Below the pieces are notes generated by a model that was not told the DNA's origin, did not search any database, and saw nothing but the letters and a program-made list of their open reading frames with translations. A program made the position numbers and the translations under genes. From the human T2T-CHM13v2.0 reference genome, Homo sapiens: a stretch of 64,000 nt of DNA. The DNA is taken from NCBI RefSeq assembly GCF_009914755.1, contig NC_060942.1, one strand, 5' to 3'. Of this stretch, positions 1 through 19,751 are shown piece after piece; position 1 is the first letter of the stretch; the number at the start of each line of letters is the position of its first letter.

Positions 1-589
1 TTCACACTTTCCCTTGGTTAATTATACCCACTATGGGAAATTTAAAGTTCACAATCTGATGTAACTGAAAGAGTGGAATTGGAGAGATGCACAGTAGTAC
101 AGCATTACAGAGCACTTCCACCATAGACGCAACAGACAAAATAACATCAAGAGCACAAATAATAGTAAAATGTAGTATAATAATTAGAAGGGTGAGCTTT
201 TAGTATTACCTCTGGGATTTTTAAAAACATCTATGTTGAAATATAATTCACATACCATAAAATTCACCCATTTAAAGTAAAATAATTCAGTGATTTTAGT
301 ATATTTTTAGAGTTTGTAACCATCACTACAATCAGTTTTAGAACATTTTAATCATCTCAAGCAGCAACATTATATAAATTTGCAGTCACTCCCCATTTAC
401 CCCCAAGTGCCCTCCTCCTTGGCTCTGGGCAACCACTGATCACTGCCTATTGCACAGTTACCCTTTGTGGACATTTCACAAAGTCTATTGTGATTTGCTT
501 CTTAGCATATTGTTTCCATGGTTCATCCATGTAATGACATGTATATAGCCTTACCCATTTTGTTGTATTGGCATCCTTGTTGAAAATCA

Positions 590-1817
<1,228 letters not shown>

Positions 1818-1832
1818 GAAAATCATAAATGT

Positions 1833-2466
1833 AAAGATTATTTCTGGACTCTCGAGTCTATTCTGCTGATCCATATGTCTATCCTTACACCAGTCCCACA
1901 TAGTTTTGATTACTACATTACTTCATTCCTTCTTTTTCCTAAGTAATATTCCATTGTATGGATATACCACATCCATGAGTGGTGGACATTTGAGTTATTT
2001 CACTTTTTGGCTGTTATGAATAATGCCATGAACATTCATGTAAACATTGTTATGTAAACATATATTTTCATTTCTCTTAGGTGTATATCCTGTGAATTGG
2101 AATTGTTGAGTCATATGCTAACTCTATGTTTAACCTTTTGAAGAACTGCGAAAGTGTTTCCCAAAGTGACTGCACCACTTTCCAATCTACCAGCAATAGA
2201 TGAGGGTTCCAATTTCTCTGCATCCTCAACAACATTTGTCAGTTTTTAAGATTATAGCCATCCTAGTGGGAATGAAATGGTATCTCATTGTGGTTTTTAT
2301 TTGCATGTTCCTGAAGACTAATGATGTTGAGCAACTTTTCATGTGCTTACCAACCACGTTCATCTTTTCTTTAGAGAAATGTCTATTCAAATCTTTTGCC
2401 TTAAAAAAATTAAGTTGTTTATTGTTCAGTTCTAAGAACTCTTTATTTTTACTGGATACAAGTTCC

Positions 2467-2508
<42 letters not shown>

Positions 2509-3262
2509 TTTACTGGATACAAGTTCCATATATATATATATAGCAGGTATAAGGAAAATATTTTTTATATATATAAAATATATATATATACACCTAGTTT
2601 GCAAATATTTTCTATTATGTTGTGCATTTTCTTTTTTCTTTATTGATGTTGTCCTTTGAAGCACAAAAGTTTTAAATTTTGCTGAATTCCAGTTTTTCTA
2701 TATATTCTTTTCACTTGTGTATTTGGTGGCATATCTAAAAAACCACTATCCAATCCAAGTCAGAAAAACTTATATGTTTTCTTCTACAAGTTTTATAATT
2801 TTATTTCTTACATTTGGGTTGATGGTCCCTTTTGAGTTTTGTATATGGTGTGAGGTAGGGGTCCAACTTGATTATTTTGCATATAGATATCTAGTTGTCC
2901 CAGCATATTTGTTGAAAAGACTATTCTTTCCCCATTGAATTATCTTGGTAACTTGTCAAAAATCATAAATATATGGGTTTATTTCAGGTCTCAATTTCTA
3001 CTGATCTCTATATATACACTTATGCCAGTAACACATGGTCTTACTGCATCTGTGTAATAAGCTTTGAAATCAGGAATTTTGTCTTGCAACTTTTTCTGGT
3101 CAAGGTCATTTTGGCTAGTGTGGGTCTCTTGCATTTCACATGAATTTTAGGATTGGCTTGTGAATTTCTGCAAAAAAAGCAGGCTGGAATTTTGATAAGG
3201 ATTGCATTGAATATGTAGATCAATATGGGGAGTACTGCCATCTAAACAATAGTAAGTCTTCT
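1833..3262 (-). mobile_element. Old L1M fragments (ORF2 3' end/3'UTR); continues left of the L1PA at ~230-580
   Basis: Degenerate ORF2 peptides ([18 protein letters not shown]; MAVLPILIYIFNAILIKIP) on the - strand; (AT)n tract at ~2467-2590. Confidence 0.8.
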
Positions 3263-3956
3263 TGTAATACATAAACACGGTATATCACCTTTGTCTCAAC
3301 ATACATGTTTTAAAATTATATCTTCATATAAGTTACCTTTTAATCATGGCTGTACTTAACAACTGGCATATAAAATTCTTGAAAATTTACAAATTAACTC
3401 TCAGCAACAAGCCAGCTCCAGCACACCACTGCCTCTTATTGTTTTTGTATTTTCAGTATACTTGGCCAGAGAGAAAAAGGCTAGGTGAACCAGGGTGGAG
3501 TTTTTAGGTGGGATTCACAGCAGAAACTCAGCCTCCAAAAGGGCTGAGAGTAGGAACCATGGCCATAGGTCATCAAGGTCACGTGGCTGATGTGGATAGA
3601 AGAGATGGGCTGGGCAGCAGCAGCACTAAGAATCACAACTTTAGCTAAGGAGGGAAGTTAGCATGACAAGTGGCAAAGCCAGCAGCCACTAAGAATGAAT
3701 ATCCTTCAGGGTTTGGCATCTTGTGTAGCAAGAACTGCTGGTCTGGAAAGGACCTAGTTTCTAGATGGACAGAGAATTACATGCAGGTGTTCTGACAACA
3801 AAATGATGCCCATCCAGGAATAGCCTTGGCATTTTCTAAATCATGGCAGAGGCAGGAAAATAAAGGATTTAATATCTACCTTGCATTTTCAAGGTCACTG
3901 AAAACTGCAAATGGGAAAAATCAATATCTTCCTATCAAGATTGAGGTGATGGTTAA

Positions 3957-4100
3957 GCTGGCCATGGTGGCACATGCCTGTACTACTCAGCTCCCTGGAA
4001 GGCTTGAGCCCAGGAGTTTAAGGCTGCAGTGAGCTATGGTGGTGCCAACTGCACTCCTCCAGCTTGGGTGACAGAGTGAGACCCCGTCTCTAAGAAAACA
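3957..4100 (+). mobile_element. Alu right-arm monomer (FRAM/FAM-like)
   Basis: ggccatggtggcacatgcctg...gcagtgagctatg...gtgacagagtgagacccc followed by an A-rich tail. Confidence 0.75.
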
Positions 4101-4890
4101 AACATCACCAACACCACCACCAAAAAGCCTCAAAAACTGTTCTGAGGATTAAATAAAGGGGTCAAGAAGAGGAAAGTATTAAGTAACAGTTTCCTTTCAT
4201 TTTGGATATGCCATTTTCAGCCACTGCCAACTGCCATCATTCATTTAAATCATTTATGAGAATGAATTAGCTTCTTTCAGCAACTTAAAGTCTACCCTCA
4301 CCCTCACTGTTCATCTCAGACCTGCATCTGTAACACCACATTTCCTATCACACTCTCAGACCCCTGGGGAGGAAGAGATGCACCATCTTTCTCCTCTGAC
4401 CTTCTCTTCTTTGTCTTTTATTTCCTTAGGGATCCAAACTATTGAGGTGGCCTATACTTCTGATTCACTGGTAGATTTTTTTTTCCCACTTGTATTGATT
4501 CCAACTACAAGTCCTGGAGCCTGATTCTGATTTCTGGGCTGGAAGCTGATCCCCGAGTATGAATATAAAATCTGATCAAAATAGATCCCTTTTTGTCCCT
4601 CATGAAACCTATCTATAAATACCAACTTTAATCCCACACTTTGCAGAAGCCTCTAGTCTAATGCTTCCCAGCTTCAGGTCCTACAGTCTTTGCATCTAAA
4701 GAGGAAGGTCTCTTTGTTGACTTAATTGTGCCATGTGCAAGGTGAAGCATAATGAAATCCTTTACAATTGCTCCTTGTCCTTCATAAAATTGAGTATTGC
4801 TCTTTTTTCTTCCCAAAGCTACCATTACAGAAAATGTAGTACTTCATTATCCACTGCATTAATCAATAATGATTTAATGCATGAACTAGT

Positions 4891-5315
4891 TGTTGCAGGT
4901 GAGTAGGAGCTATATGGGCCAGTGGTGTTGGGGTAAGAAGAATTTATCAAGTCAGTTGTAGGTAAAGAAAAGCAGACTTATTAGAGAAAGTATAAAAATG
5001 TGTTGCAAGAGTGCAACATGCAGATTAGTAAGAGAGAAGCTGAATGCAAGGAGACAAAGGCTTGCTAGGGATTTTATAGGGTGGTGCTGGTGCTGTGTGC
5101 TGATAACAACAAGGTTGCATCTAGCTAACTTGCATTTTTCTATCAGCCGAGGGTCTGGTGATAGCTGGGCACAGGAAAATTGTGAGTTATTTGTGCAGGA
5201 GGGCTATGCTGTCCTGGACCAGGAAGAAAGGCAGATCTATAGCTTATCTGCTTTCTCTTTCTGCTTTCCCTTGGTCCTGCCAGGCTGACTCCTTTTCTCT
5301 AATTGAGACTCCACA
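4891..5315 (-). mobile_element. ERV1 3' LTR
   Basis: Homologous to 10107-10547; preceded on the - strand by the purine-rich PPT gggggttgggacggggaaa. Confidence 0.9.
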
Positions 5316-5499
5316 TTTCCCCGTCCCAACCCCCTGACAGAGCAACAATGACAAATCTTTGGCATGTGGGTGATTGTCTTTCAGCTGATTCCTGCTGACC
5401 AGAGGTGTAGAGTTGGCCTTACCTAGGATTGTTGTTAGTTAGGAGGTTACATGGGCCTAAATCCCTAAGTTGGGAGTTAATTTGGGCAGGGTGGCTATG

Positions 5500-7670
5500 G
5501 GACCATGGGGGAAGAGCCTTTGCAGCCTAAAATTTTGTCCTGCTGCATCCAAAGGAGAGTCATGAAGTTCTCTCAGTGGCTGATACCCTTGCTACAGTAA
5601 CATTTTGGTTTGAAATTGTTTTATCCTAGAAGACACAAAATGAGATATTGCATTAACAATACATGGTGCAAATAAACAAACTAACATGAGCATTATGATA
5701 GGTGGGAGAAGTGGGGCAACCCATGGCCAAACCCAGCTGGAGAAGCTTTGAAATAGTTGTGTCAAAAAGGAATTTTGAAGAACTCCTTTTTGAAGGCCCT
5801 CTAAAATCTTGATATTCTTTTTGATCTTTTTAAAACTTTCTTCTACCTGACCTGAGGTACTGATGGAAAAGCAACAAGTTTCATTTAATAGTATACAGGT
5901 GCCCCCTATCTCAGTAGTAAGCACATTCAAAGTGGGTTGGTTCTGCAAGACAACCCCTGCCAACGAATTTAGGGCCTGTTGTTGGGCCTTGATGCTGTGA
6001 CTGTAGCTTCCCAAGACTGCTGTACTAGAATGGTGAGATAATGAATACAGCACTTAAGCATGGGTATACCTGCCAACCAAAAAATTGCATGGGCTACAGA
6101 ATTTCTTAGACCATTCCTCTCTATGGTGGGATTGTCAGTGGTAAGCACACCAAATGATAGGATGTTGATTAAGTTACATTTCTGTTTCCTTTCTCCTGAT
6201 GGCCTTTGGAGGGCCCAACTTATGAAGGATCTTAAATTTGGAACTTGGCCAGAGGATATGAAGTCTGAATAGTTATATATTTGAACCCCAGGTATTGCTG
6301 CAACTATAATGCAAGTACCTCTCCATTTAATAGGCAAGTTTAGAAACATTTTGAATTTGCATAAAAAGAAGAACCCAGTTTCTTTTAATAAAACTCCTGA
6401 GGAGGGACCTTGTAACCAGGCATAGATGTGGTTAGTTTCGGTTCCAGTATAATTTGCATACAGGGATCCCATGGTCCCCAAGGATCAAATGTGGATGGGT
6501 GGTGACCCAAAAAGTAGTCATCCATGCATAAGGGGGTGTGATATGGTTTCACTCTGTGTTCCCACCCAAATCTCATGGCGAATTGTAATCCCCAGTGTTA
6601 GAGGAGGGGCCTGGTGGGAGATGATGGAATCATGGAAGTGACTTCTCCCTTGCGGTTCATGTGATACTCAGTGAGTTCTCAAGAACTCTAGTTGTTTAAA
6701 AGTGTGTGGCACTTCCCCCTTCTCTCTCTTACTCCTACCAGGCATATAAGACGTGCCTGATTCCCCTTTGCATTCCATCTTCTGCCATGATTGTAAGTTT
6801 CCCGAGGCATCCCCAGCCATGCGTCCTGTACAGCCTGTGGAACTGTGAATCAATTAAACCTCTTCTTTGTAAATTACCCAGTCTCAGGTAGTTATTTATA
6901 GTAATGCAAGAATGGACTAATACAGGGGATAAAAGTTTGGCTTGTTGTGTTATGTGAGTGTGGGGCCTGACAGATAAGGTTTTTAAATATCAATGAGATA
7001 AGAGAAAATCAAGAAAAAGCTGTAGACATATTAGTGAGGTTGAGAAGTTGTCCAGTCTCGACCCCTATTCCCATATATTCCATCCCAGTTGCTGAACTGT
7101 TTATTGGCATAAAGGAATCATTATAAATTTTGCTGGCATTATCTTTTTCTTTCCCCATCATAAGGAAAAACTGCGGGGATGCACATTGAACTCATCAGAG
7201 TCTAATTATATGGCTCCCGTTCCCAGTTTGTTTGATTATAATTGAGGGTAGAATTGCAATAGGCTTGTGTTAAAATGCCTAGAAAAGGGCCAGATCCCTC
7301 AGATTTTCTGATGCAGAGGTGAACCTTACAGGCCATCTCTGGTGCCTTCCCAATCTGCTCTGTCACGGTGGATGACTGCCACGAGGGATCAATTGGCCTA
7401 GGTTCCCCTACTAAACCTGTGTTTTTGGTGTGCGTGTAAATGGTGTAGTTGAATCCAGAGTATCTGGCTTGTTAATAATTTCTTCTGTAGATAGCGGAAC
7501 TGCTAGGAGTATAATGTTATCCTCGAGTGTCTGTCTGTGTGGGCATATCCAGCAGTTAGTGCTGTGCGTTATGTCAGCAACCTGACATTACTGGGAGGAG
7601 TAAGTGCCTGGCTCCAGCCATAGAGGCAACAGTTAGCCGTGGTAGAATAAAAACAGAGCCACATTTAAAG
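5500..7670 (-). pseudogene. Disrupted gamma-type retroviral env
   Basis: SU CWIC motif at 7543-7554. TM immunosuppressive-like domain and CX6CC (LAGVVLQNQPTLNVLTTEIGGTCILLNETCCF) plus a hydrophobic anchor in ORF 5592-6053. Frameshifted near 5990 and interrupted by a MaLR LTR. Confidence 0.88.
6539..6924 (+). mobile_element. MaLR solo LTR (MSTA-like) inserted in env
   Basis: tgatatggtt...cccacccaaatctcatg...ttacccagtctcaggta...ggactaataca termini. Confidence 0.85.
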
Positions 7671-8384
7671 AAAATGACAATATATAGTAAACTCAGGGAG
7701 ATACGAGAGAAGAAGGGCTAACACCTAGTACCTCAGCACATTGATGTTGTGGTGTGGGAGTAAATGACATTACTAGGATAAATATAAAAAAATTTCATCT
7801 GGGTGGTAGTCTTGGAGGTTCCCCTGAAAATATCAATTGTATACTACCTCTCTTATAAAAGCATCAGTATTAAGAGGGTGAAGTTGCTCGAGAGAGACAG
7901 GTAAATAATTACTGAGAGCCTGTAGTATTAGCTTGGTGCAAAAGTAACTGCAGCTTTTGCCATTAATTTTAATAGAATTGAATAAAAATAATCAGCTTGA
8001 AGAATAAGGTCTAAAAGAAGTATTGGATTTATTTTTATTAACTTTAAGTAAGGTTAAAAAATTCTAAGTTCTTTGGTTTAACAAAACCTCTTTTACCTTT
8101 TTTTTAACTTTAAATGAGTTTTTAATGTTTATATTCTAGTTTGACCATAAATAATGTCTTATCTCAGTACCAGCCGCTTAGTAACAGCAGATTTAAAGCA
8201 GGGAGAGAAAAAGAGAGGAAGATAGAGAGCTTTAAAAGAGTCTACTTAAGTCTATGGCATAGGTTAACCATTTGAGCTCTGAATTTTTCTTGTAATTTGC
8301 CTATCAGTTTAAAATGTACACAAAAATGAGCCATAATATGTAATCAGCTATAGTTTCAAAGGGAACAACAAAATTAGAAGATAG

Positions 8385-8582
<198 letters not shown>

Positions 8583-8874
8583 TGAACAGAAAAAGAGAAA
8601 AAGAAAAGAAAGGAATGCAGAGGAAAAGATTAAGCTTTATAGGAGGGCTTGTGAGCCTTTCAGCCACTGCATGATGTGGGGCCAGCACCCCTGCCATCCT
8701 TGTTTATCTCGTGTCACAGAGAACCTTAGCACCCCAGACCTACACAGTGTGGAACAAATTCCTTCCACCCCTGCAAGTCACTAGTTAAGGTGAGCTGTTT
8801 ACAGGGGGAGTAGAGAGCCCCTTCAGCTCAAGGCCATCAGGTGTTGGCATTTTGTCCTGGGGGCCCTTTGGCTC

Positions 8875-9291
8875 TCATGACAGTCCTGTTTCTAGTGGTC
8901 AAGCTTGTGGCAGAGGGGGCAAGCCATGCAGGGCTTTTTCCATTTCTTTTATTGGGGCAGTTTGCTTTTCAGTGGCCTGGCCTTCTGTACCGATGGCAGT
9001 AACCTGGAAGAGTGTTCTTAGGGAAACCTGGAAGGGGCTGGTGCTTGTAAAGCAGCCAACAGTTGAGTCTGTGTTTTGCCTCTGCATTTGTTTTTTTCTT
9101 TCTAACCCTGTTCTACTCTTGGTTATAAAAGACTGAGGAGGCTAATTAGAGGATTTTCTGCATAGGAGCCATGCTGTAGTACACAAGAAAAATAGACATT
9201 TCTTTTTGAGAGTCTCAGGGTTAAATTTCTCTTAATGTTTTAGGACGCAACCCAGAGGTGAATCTGAAGAAATAGACGGGGTTTGTCTCAT
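8875..9291 (-). pseudogene. ERV gag relic (MA N-terminus joined to NC zinc knuckles; CA missing)
   Basis: From ATG 9291: MRQTPSISSDSPLGCVLKH*EKFNPETLKKKCLFFLCTTAW. Two degenerate CCHC knuckles (CHRYRRPGH*KANCP; CPLCHKLDH*KQDC) at ~8875-9000. Confidence 0.75.
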
Positions 9292-10085
9292 GGTAGGACT
9301 GGAAAATGAGCCTCTCGTGAGCCTGTCGGGGCTAACTGAACCGCACTTCCACGTGGGGCATCCCGTCAATGAAAAGGGTTCCACTCAGGTCTGCTGAGGG
9401 ACTCAAGTGCACTTTCTAACGGGGTGTCTCACCTATTAGGAAAGACCTCTCAGTTGCCTGTGGGCCTTACACTGGGTGATCAGCCCACCTATGGGGAAAA
9501 AGGGTAAAGGAAGAGGTCTGTCTGGTGCCCGCCCAGGAGATGGGGGTGGGTAAAGGAAGACTCACTGTTCTGAGGCTGTTTGAGACCACTTGATTTAGCA
9601 ATGCCCAGAACAGTTTGGCTCCACAGGAGAATCCAGAGTGAGAAGGAGAGGGTCTAAGTCACCTAAAACATGTATGAATTTGCCCTTAAGGAGCTTCCAC
9701 TGTCAGTCATGTCACAGGTAGGGATTAGGGACTTTTTACTAGAAAAGAAAGGGGAGAGTCTTTTTCCCTTTTAGGCAAGGCAGCCAGCCCTGTTCACCCT
9801 TTGGCTTCAGGCAACACTGGAGAGTGGCCCTGGCCAGTTATCATTAATTTCCAGAGGGATAATAGAAGCCAGCTGCTGGGAGACTGAAAAGAGAAAATAA
9901 ACTCAGGTCCCTCACCTGAAAGGGCAGTGGTGGTCAGACACTTCCACACAGATGCCTTTCAGTCCCACCAGAGTGTAGCTCTAGCCAGGGACCTACAGCT
10001 GTCTCTGTGTTTAGACACTGTCCACTGAGGATTGCAAGTTGGGAAAGAGGAAGAGAGAGGGGAGAGGGTTCCCCATAAAGAGAGT

Positions 10086-10103
10086 TCCCCATATGGGCCA
10101 CCA
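10086..10103 (-). other. Primer-binding site for tRNA-Ile
   Basis: TGGTGGCCCATATGGGGA 3 nt after the 5' LTR. This matches the tRNA-Ile(AAU) complement TGGTGGCCCGTACGGGGA with two CpG-decay changes. Confidence 0.8.
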
Positions 10104-10106
10104 AAA

Positions 10107-10547
10107 TGTCACGGATGATTAGCGACTATCTGGGGCCAGTGGCATGGGGTTAAGAATTTACCAAGACAACTGTAGGTAAAGAAAAGCAGACATGTTAGAG
10201 AAAGTATGAAAATATGTTGTAAGGGTGCAACAGGCAGATTAGCAAGAGAGGAGCTGACAGCAAGGAAACAAAGCCTTGCTGGGGATTTTACAGGATGGTA
10301 CTTCTGTGTGCTGAAGAGGGCTTTGTGCAGTACTGACAATGCCAAGATTGCAGTGAGCTAACTTGAATTTTTCTATTAGTAGAGAGTCTGGTGATAGCTG
10401 GGCACGGGAAGATTGTGAGTTATTTGCGCAGGAGGGCTATGTGTCCTGGACCATGAAGAAAGGCAGACTTATAGCTTATCTGATTTCTCTTTCTGCTTTC
10501 CTTTGGTCCTGCCAGCTTGACTCCGTTTCCCTAATTAGGACTCCACA
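10107..10547 (-). mobile_element. ERV1 5' LTR (441 bp)
   Basis: Begins TGTGGAGTCCTAATTAGGG on the - strand, ends ..GACA, followed by the PBS. Confidence 0.9.
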
Positions 10548-10885
10548 CCAGTTGTTTTCACTTTAGATTAGAAGTTCCTTGAAAACAGAGAGGAGGCCCC
10601 TAAGGGGTGAAGGGTAAACTATTCAGGGCTCATTGTATTCACTATTCTGCCTCCATGGAGCTCTGCACCGAGCAGGGGCTGGATCAATAACTCTAATTGC
10701 CTAAGTGTGGATAGAGGAGTCTGGCCTGTTGGAACTGGTCTGCACTAACAAATGAATCCAGGTCCTTAGGTCAGTAGTTCATGTGACTTGTCTGGACATC
10801 AACATTCTTCAGGAGAGGCATCTCCCTGGCCTCCTGCCACCATAGTCCTTTTATGCACCCATCCTTCCCGCCCAGCAGCTGCCTT

Positions 10886-11045
10886 GGTCTTTCCTAATAG
10901 GTGAGACACCCCGTTAGAAAGTGCACCTGAGTGCCTCAGCAGAGCTGAGTGGAACCCTTTTCATTGACGGGATGCCCCACGTGGAAGTGCGGTTCAGTTA
11001 GCCCCGACAGGCTCACAAGAGGCTCATTTTCCAGTCCCACCGTGA
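10886..11045. repeat. 160-bp inverted copy of 9288-9447
   Basis: Reverse-complement match, about 6 mismatches counted by eye. Confidence 0.92.
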
Positions 11046-11179
11046 TTGAGGTGATAACTTTAAAGCAGTAATAATATAGAAACCAAAAATGCTCACAGTC
11101 CAATCACCTTCCACAGAGGATGGTTCACAATGTAGAGGGAGAGTTCCAGATATCTTAACTGCATAGCCAATTCAAGGCT

Positions 11180-11324
11180 TGAAGAAAGGCAGACTTATAG
11201 CTTATCTGATTTCTCTTATTGCTTTTCCTTGGTACTGCCAGCTTGACTCCTTTTCCCTAATTAGGACTCCACACCAGTTGTTTTCATTTTAGATTAGAAG
11301 TTCCTTGAAAACAGGGAGCAGGCC
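11180..11324. repeat. 145-bp direct copy of 10454-10598 (LTR end plus host flank)
   Basis: Direct match spanning the LTR/host junction ggactccaca|ccagttg, about 9 mismatches counted by eye. Confidence 0.92.
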
Positions 11325-12494
11325 ATGGATGTGCTGCATCCCAAACAAGCGCCCTTCTGTGACATGCTCCCATCCTCATCTCAGGAGACACTCCAAGGGT
11401 TGTCTGGGACAGTGAGAGCCCTTCAAGACCCCAAATTATGGTTGTCCAAATAGAGAACTTATTTATAAGATTGGTCAAGCTGATTATGGTGGATGAGAAA
11501 AAGCTTTCCTTATCTTTCAAACAACTCGTACCTAGTCACCCTCTCATGTTAAATGGAACCATGACTGTTGAGCTAGGCTGAGCCTAGGGACCCATGTGTA
11601 TCCCCAAAGGCATTGTTACTATGAGGACAACATTGAGAGTGGGACCTTTCAGCTTTTGCTGCACAATGCCAAACAGCTGGCTGGACACTTCTGGTCCTTG
11701 AAGGACATAACCGTTTGGTTGTCATGGCAGCCCCACGCGGAGAAGGGTAATCCTCTGAGAGGGAAGGCCCACCGGAAATGGGCCCCATCACCATGGGAAC
11801 CAAAGAGACTAGAACCTGCCATTTTGTCTCATGCAAGTAGCCCATCCTGCACTGTCCCGGGAAGCCCCACAGCCCGGATGGCCCTCAGGGGGGCCTCGCG
11901 GCCCTTCACCGTCGCGGGAAAAGCCAAGTTGGTGGCAGGAGGAGCCCACCACCAAGGCGATCTCACTGCGGAAAAACTCGACCCTCCGCCTTCACGTCTA
12001 GGGCGGCAGGTGGTAGAGCTGGGCCTCTCAGGCCCATGCCCGAGGGCAGGCGAGACAAGGAGCGCCCCCAAGTGGCCATGCGGTGTCCTCACGGAAGGCA
12101 GGGAGGGCGTCACGGGCCTTGGGGACCTTGACACAACCTGGACCACGAGGCTGAGAAACCCACCACGCAGGCCAGCTGGAGGCTGCCGCCCAGCCGGGAG
12201 TCAGAAGCTGGAGCCACTGGGTGCTCCCGAAGCCATCTGGAGCACCTGAGGAACCTTGTGACTACAGTAGTCCCCATAGTCCCCACTGTCTTGTGGGCCT
12301 TGAGGACAATCAGAGGAGGAGGAGGGATCCGGTCTACACCATCAGAGTCGTGCTACTCAAGGCTGCTCTTCAATTTTTCCTATTCTCTGCCAGGAGCCAC
12401 CTATCACACCACAAAAGTTTTCAATCACCATGTGGCAGTTTTTCTTTCCTGGCATTTTATCAAGAGTCTTCCTGCTTTTGTCTTTGTACTTTCA

Positions 12495-12896
<402 letters not shown>

Positions 12897-14784
12897 TTAC
12901 ATATATATAAACATAAAATTTAAATTACATCTGCACAAACATGCCCTGACATTTAAATTATATATATGCACACACACACATATATCTGTAAACCACCAGA
13001 TAAAAATAAAAATGATTGCTTCTGTTTCAATAAAACTTTTTTTCTGCCTGTTAAATTAGAACGGGTGGCAGGTGAGGTAATTTTATTTGAACTATGTCTG
13101 CAGCCATTTAAGCCTAGTTAGAACTCTGTCATAATAAGGTAACTGATTTTGATCTCCATCTCTTAAAAAGGAGGGAGCTCAGCCCACTAGAAGAAATGTT
13201 GAAAACAAGACTCTGCTTGATAGAATTTTGGGAACCTCTCCATTGAGAAGTGTCAACAATGATGCTGTTTATCAGATTCTAGAAAGTGAGCAACCAAAGA
13301 AACATGCCAGAAAGTCTTTCTGCCTTGTATAAATTTGTACAACAAGCATTGCAGACCTGAAGTACTTTGCCCAATTGCTGTGGAGAGCAGCTACAAGTAT
13401 GCTTAACATTAAGTGAATGTTTCAGTCACTGAGTACAAACTGGCATCAAAAGGTAATTTGGTAATTTAGATAGTTCCTCTGTCTGGACATGGGGACGATG
13501 TATGATGCCTCCAGAGGAGAACCAGGGAAACCCATCCGCTTTATGGTGCAGACTGGGAAGTGGGGATGTAAGGAAGCCAGAAAATAGGTTTAAAAAATTG
13601 ACCATTCTGATGGGACTGAGTTGATAAAATATGGCAACCTGTATTTGTGATCTACATTTTGTATGTGTTTTCTTGTATTTTGTTATTTTGTTTATGTTCT
13701 CTCTCCCTTAACACCTAGTGAAATTATGTTTCACCTGAAAATGTCAGGTTGACCAACAGGAAATCCATGAGCCTCCTCACCTTCTCAGGCCTACCTCTGG
13801 CACCCTATAGATGTCCCAGACTTGTCTTTGCTACTACTTTCTGTGATGTTGACAATCTTTTCCCTTCTTGTCTTCAACCCACTTCTCATTATCATTCTAT
13901 CTTTTTCTTACCCTCCCTTATATCTGTTCAATTTTGTTCAACTGTGCATCTTCACACATATGCACTCTATAGGCTATGCTCTTTTGAAAGTAATAATGAA
14001 AATCCTCTTTGTATCTCTGAAAAGCTATCATTTCATTGACAAAAATGAACAGTAAGTGGACTTTAATTTTTTCTGATAAAACTGAAACTCTTACATTCCA
14101 CTATTTTCTCCACTTATACTTTGAGTATCACAAAGAAACTTTCTGAACACATAGAGATAACAGTTTTTATGAATAGTTTTCCTCAATTGAACATTTTAAT
14201 CTCTTTTTTCTCTTGAGACTTCCTCTTTGACCCACCCATGTGTTTAAAAGTGTGTTGTTTAATCTCCAAATATTTTGAGATTTTCTGACTTTTCATTATT
14301 GAGTTCTAGTTTAATTGTATTATAGTCTGACAGCATATTTTGTATAATTCCTATTCCATTAAATTTGTGAGCTGTCTTTTATGGCCCAGAATACACTCTA
14401 CATTGGCAAATGTCTGTGTGAGCTTGAGAAGAATGTGTATTCTGCTGTTGTTGGATGCAATATTCTGTAAATGTCAATTAGCAATGGTTGATTAATGGTG
14501 CTGTTCAGCTCAACTAAGTCCTTACTGATTTTCTATCTGCTGGATCTGTCAATTACAGATAAAGGGGTATTGAATTCGCCAACATAAGAGTGGATTTGTT
14601 TATTTCTCCTTGCAGTTCTATCAGTTTTTACTTCACATATTTTGATGTTTTGTTGTTACCTTCATACACATTAGGAATTGTTATGTCTTCTTGGAAAACC
14701 AACATCTTTATCATTAAATAAATAATATTCCTCTTTATCCCTAATAATTTTCCTTGCTCTTAAATCTGCTTTGCCTGAAATTAA

Positions 14785-15170
<386 letters not shown>

Positions 15171-15257
15171 AATTTCTTTACTTTTAATCTATGTCCTTAT
15201 AGTTAAAGTCAGTTTCTTGTAAAAAACATAGTTGGGTCTTGGTTTTTCATTCACTGA

Positions 15258-15558
<301 letters not shown>

Positions 15559-15908
15559 TACTGTCTGTCTTTTAATTGGTATATTTAGACCACTGATGTT
15601 TAAAGTGATTTTTTATATAATTGGACCAGTATCTACCATATCTGTTACTGTTTTCTATTTTGCCCTTCTTGTATGTTTTTTTTTTTTTAATGTTTTTTTT
15701 TTTATTATACTCTAAGTTTTAGGGTACATGTGCACATTGTGCAGGTTAGTTACATATGTATACATGTGCCATGCTGGTGCGCTGCACCCACTAACGTGTC
15801 ATCTAGCATTAGGTATATCTCCCAATGCTATCCCTCCCCCCTCCCCCGACCCCACCACAGTCCCCAGAGTGTGATATTCCCCTTCCTGTGTCCATGTGAT
15901 CTCATTGT

Positions 15909-19751
<3,843 letters not shown>

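Noticed and set aside
5592-6481. Functional (syncytin-like) env
   Set aside because: Frameshifted, split by a MaLR LTR, and the ISD and furin site are degenerate.
11596-12249. 217-aa ORF as a novel gene
   Set aside because: GTG start, no recognisable domain or splice structure; long ORFs are expected by chance in GC-rich DNA.
13190-13460. Coding-looking stretch ending in AG|gtaatt
   Set aside because: Stops in the frames I read and no recognisable homology; it cannot be supported without a database search.
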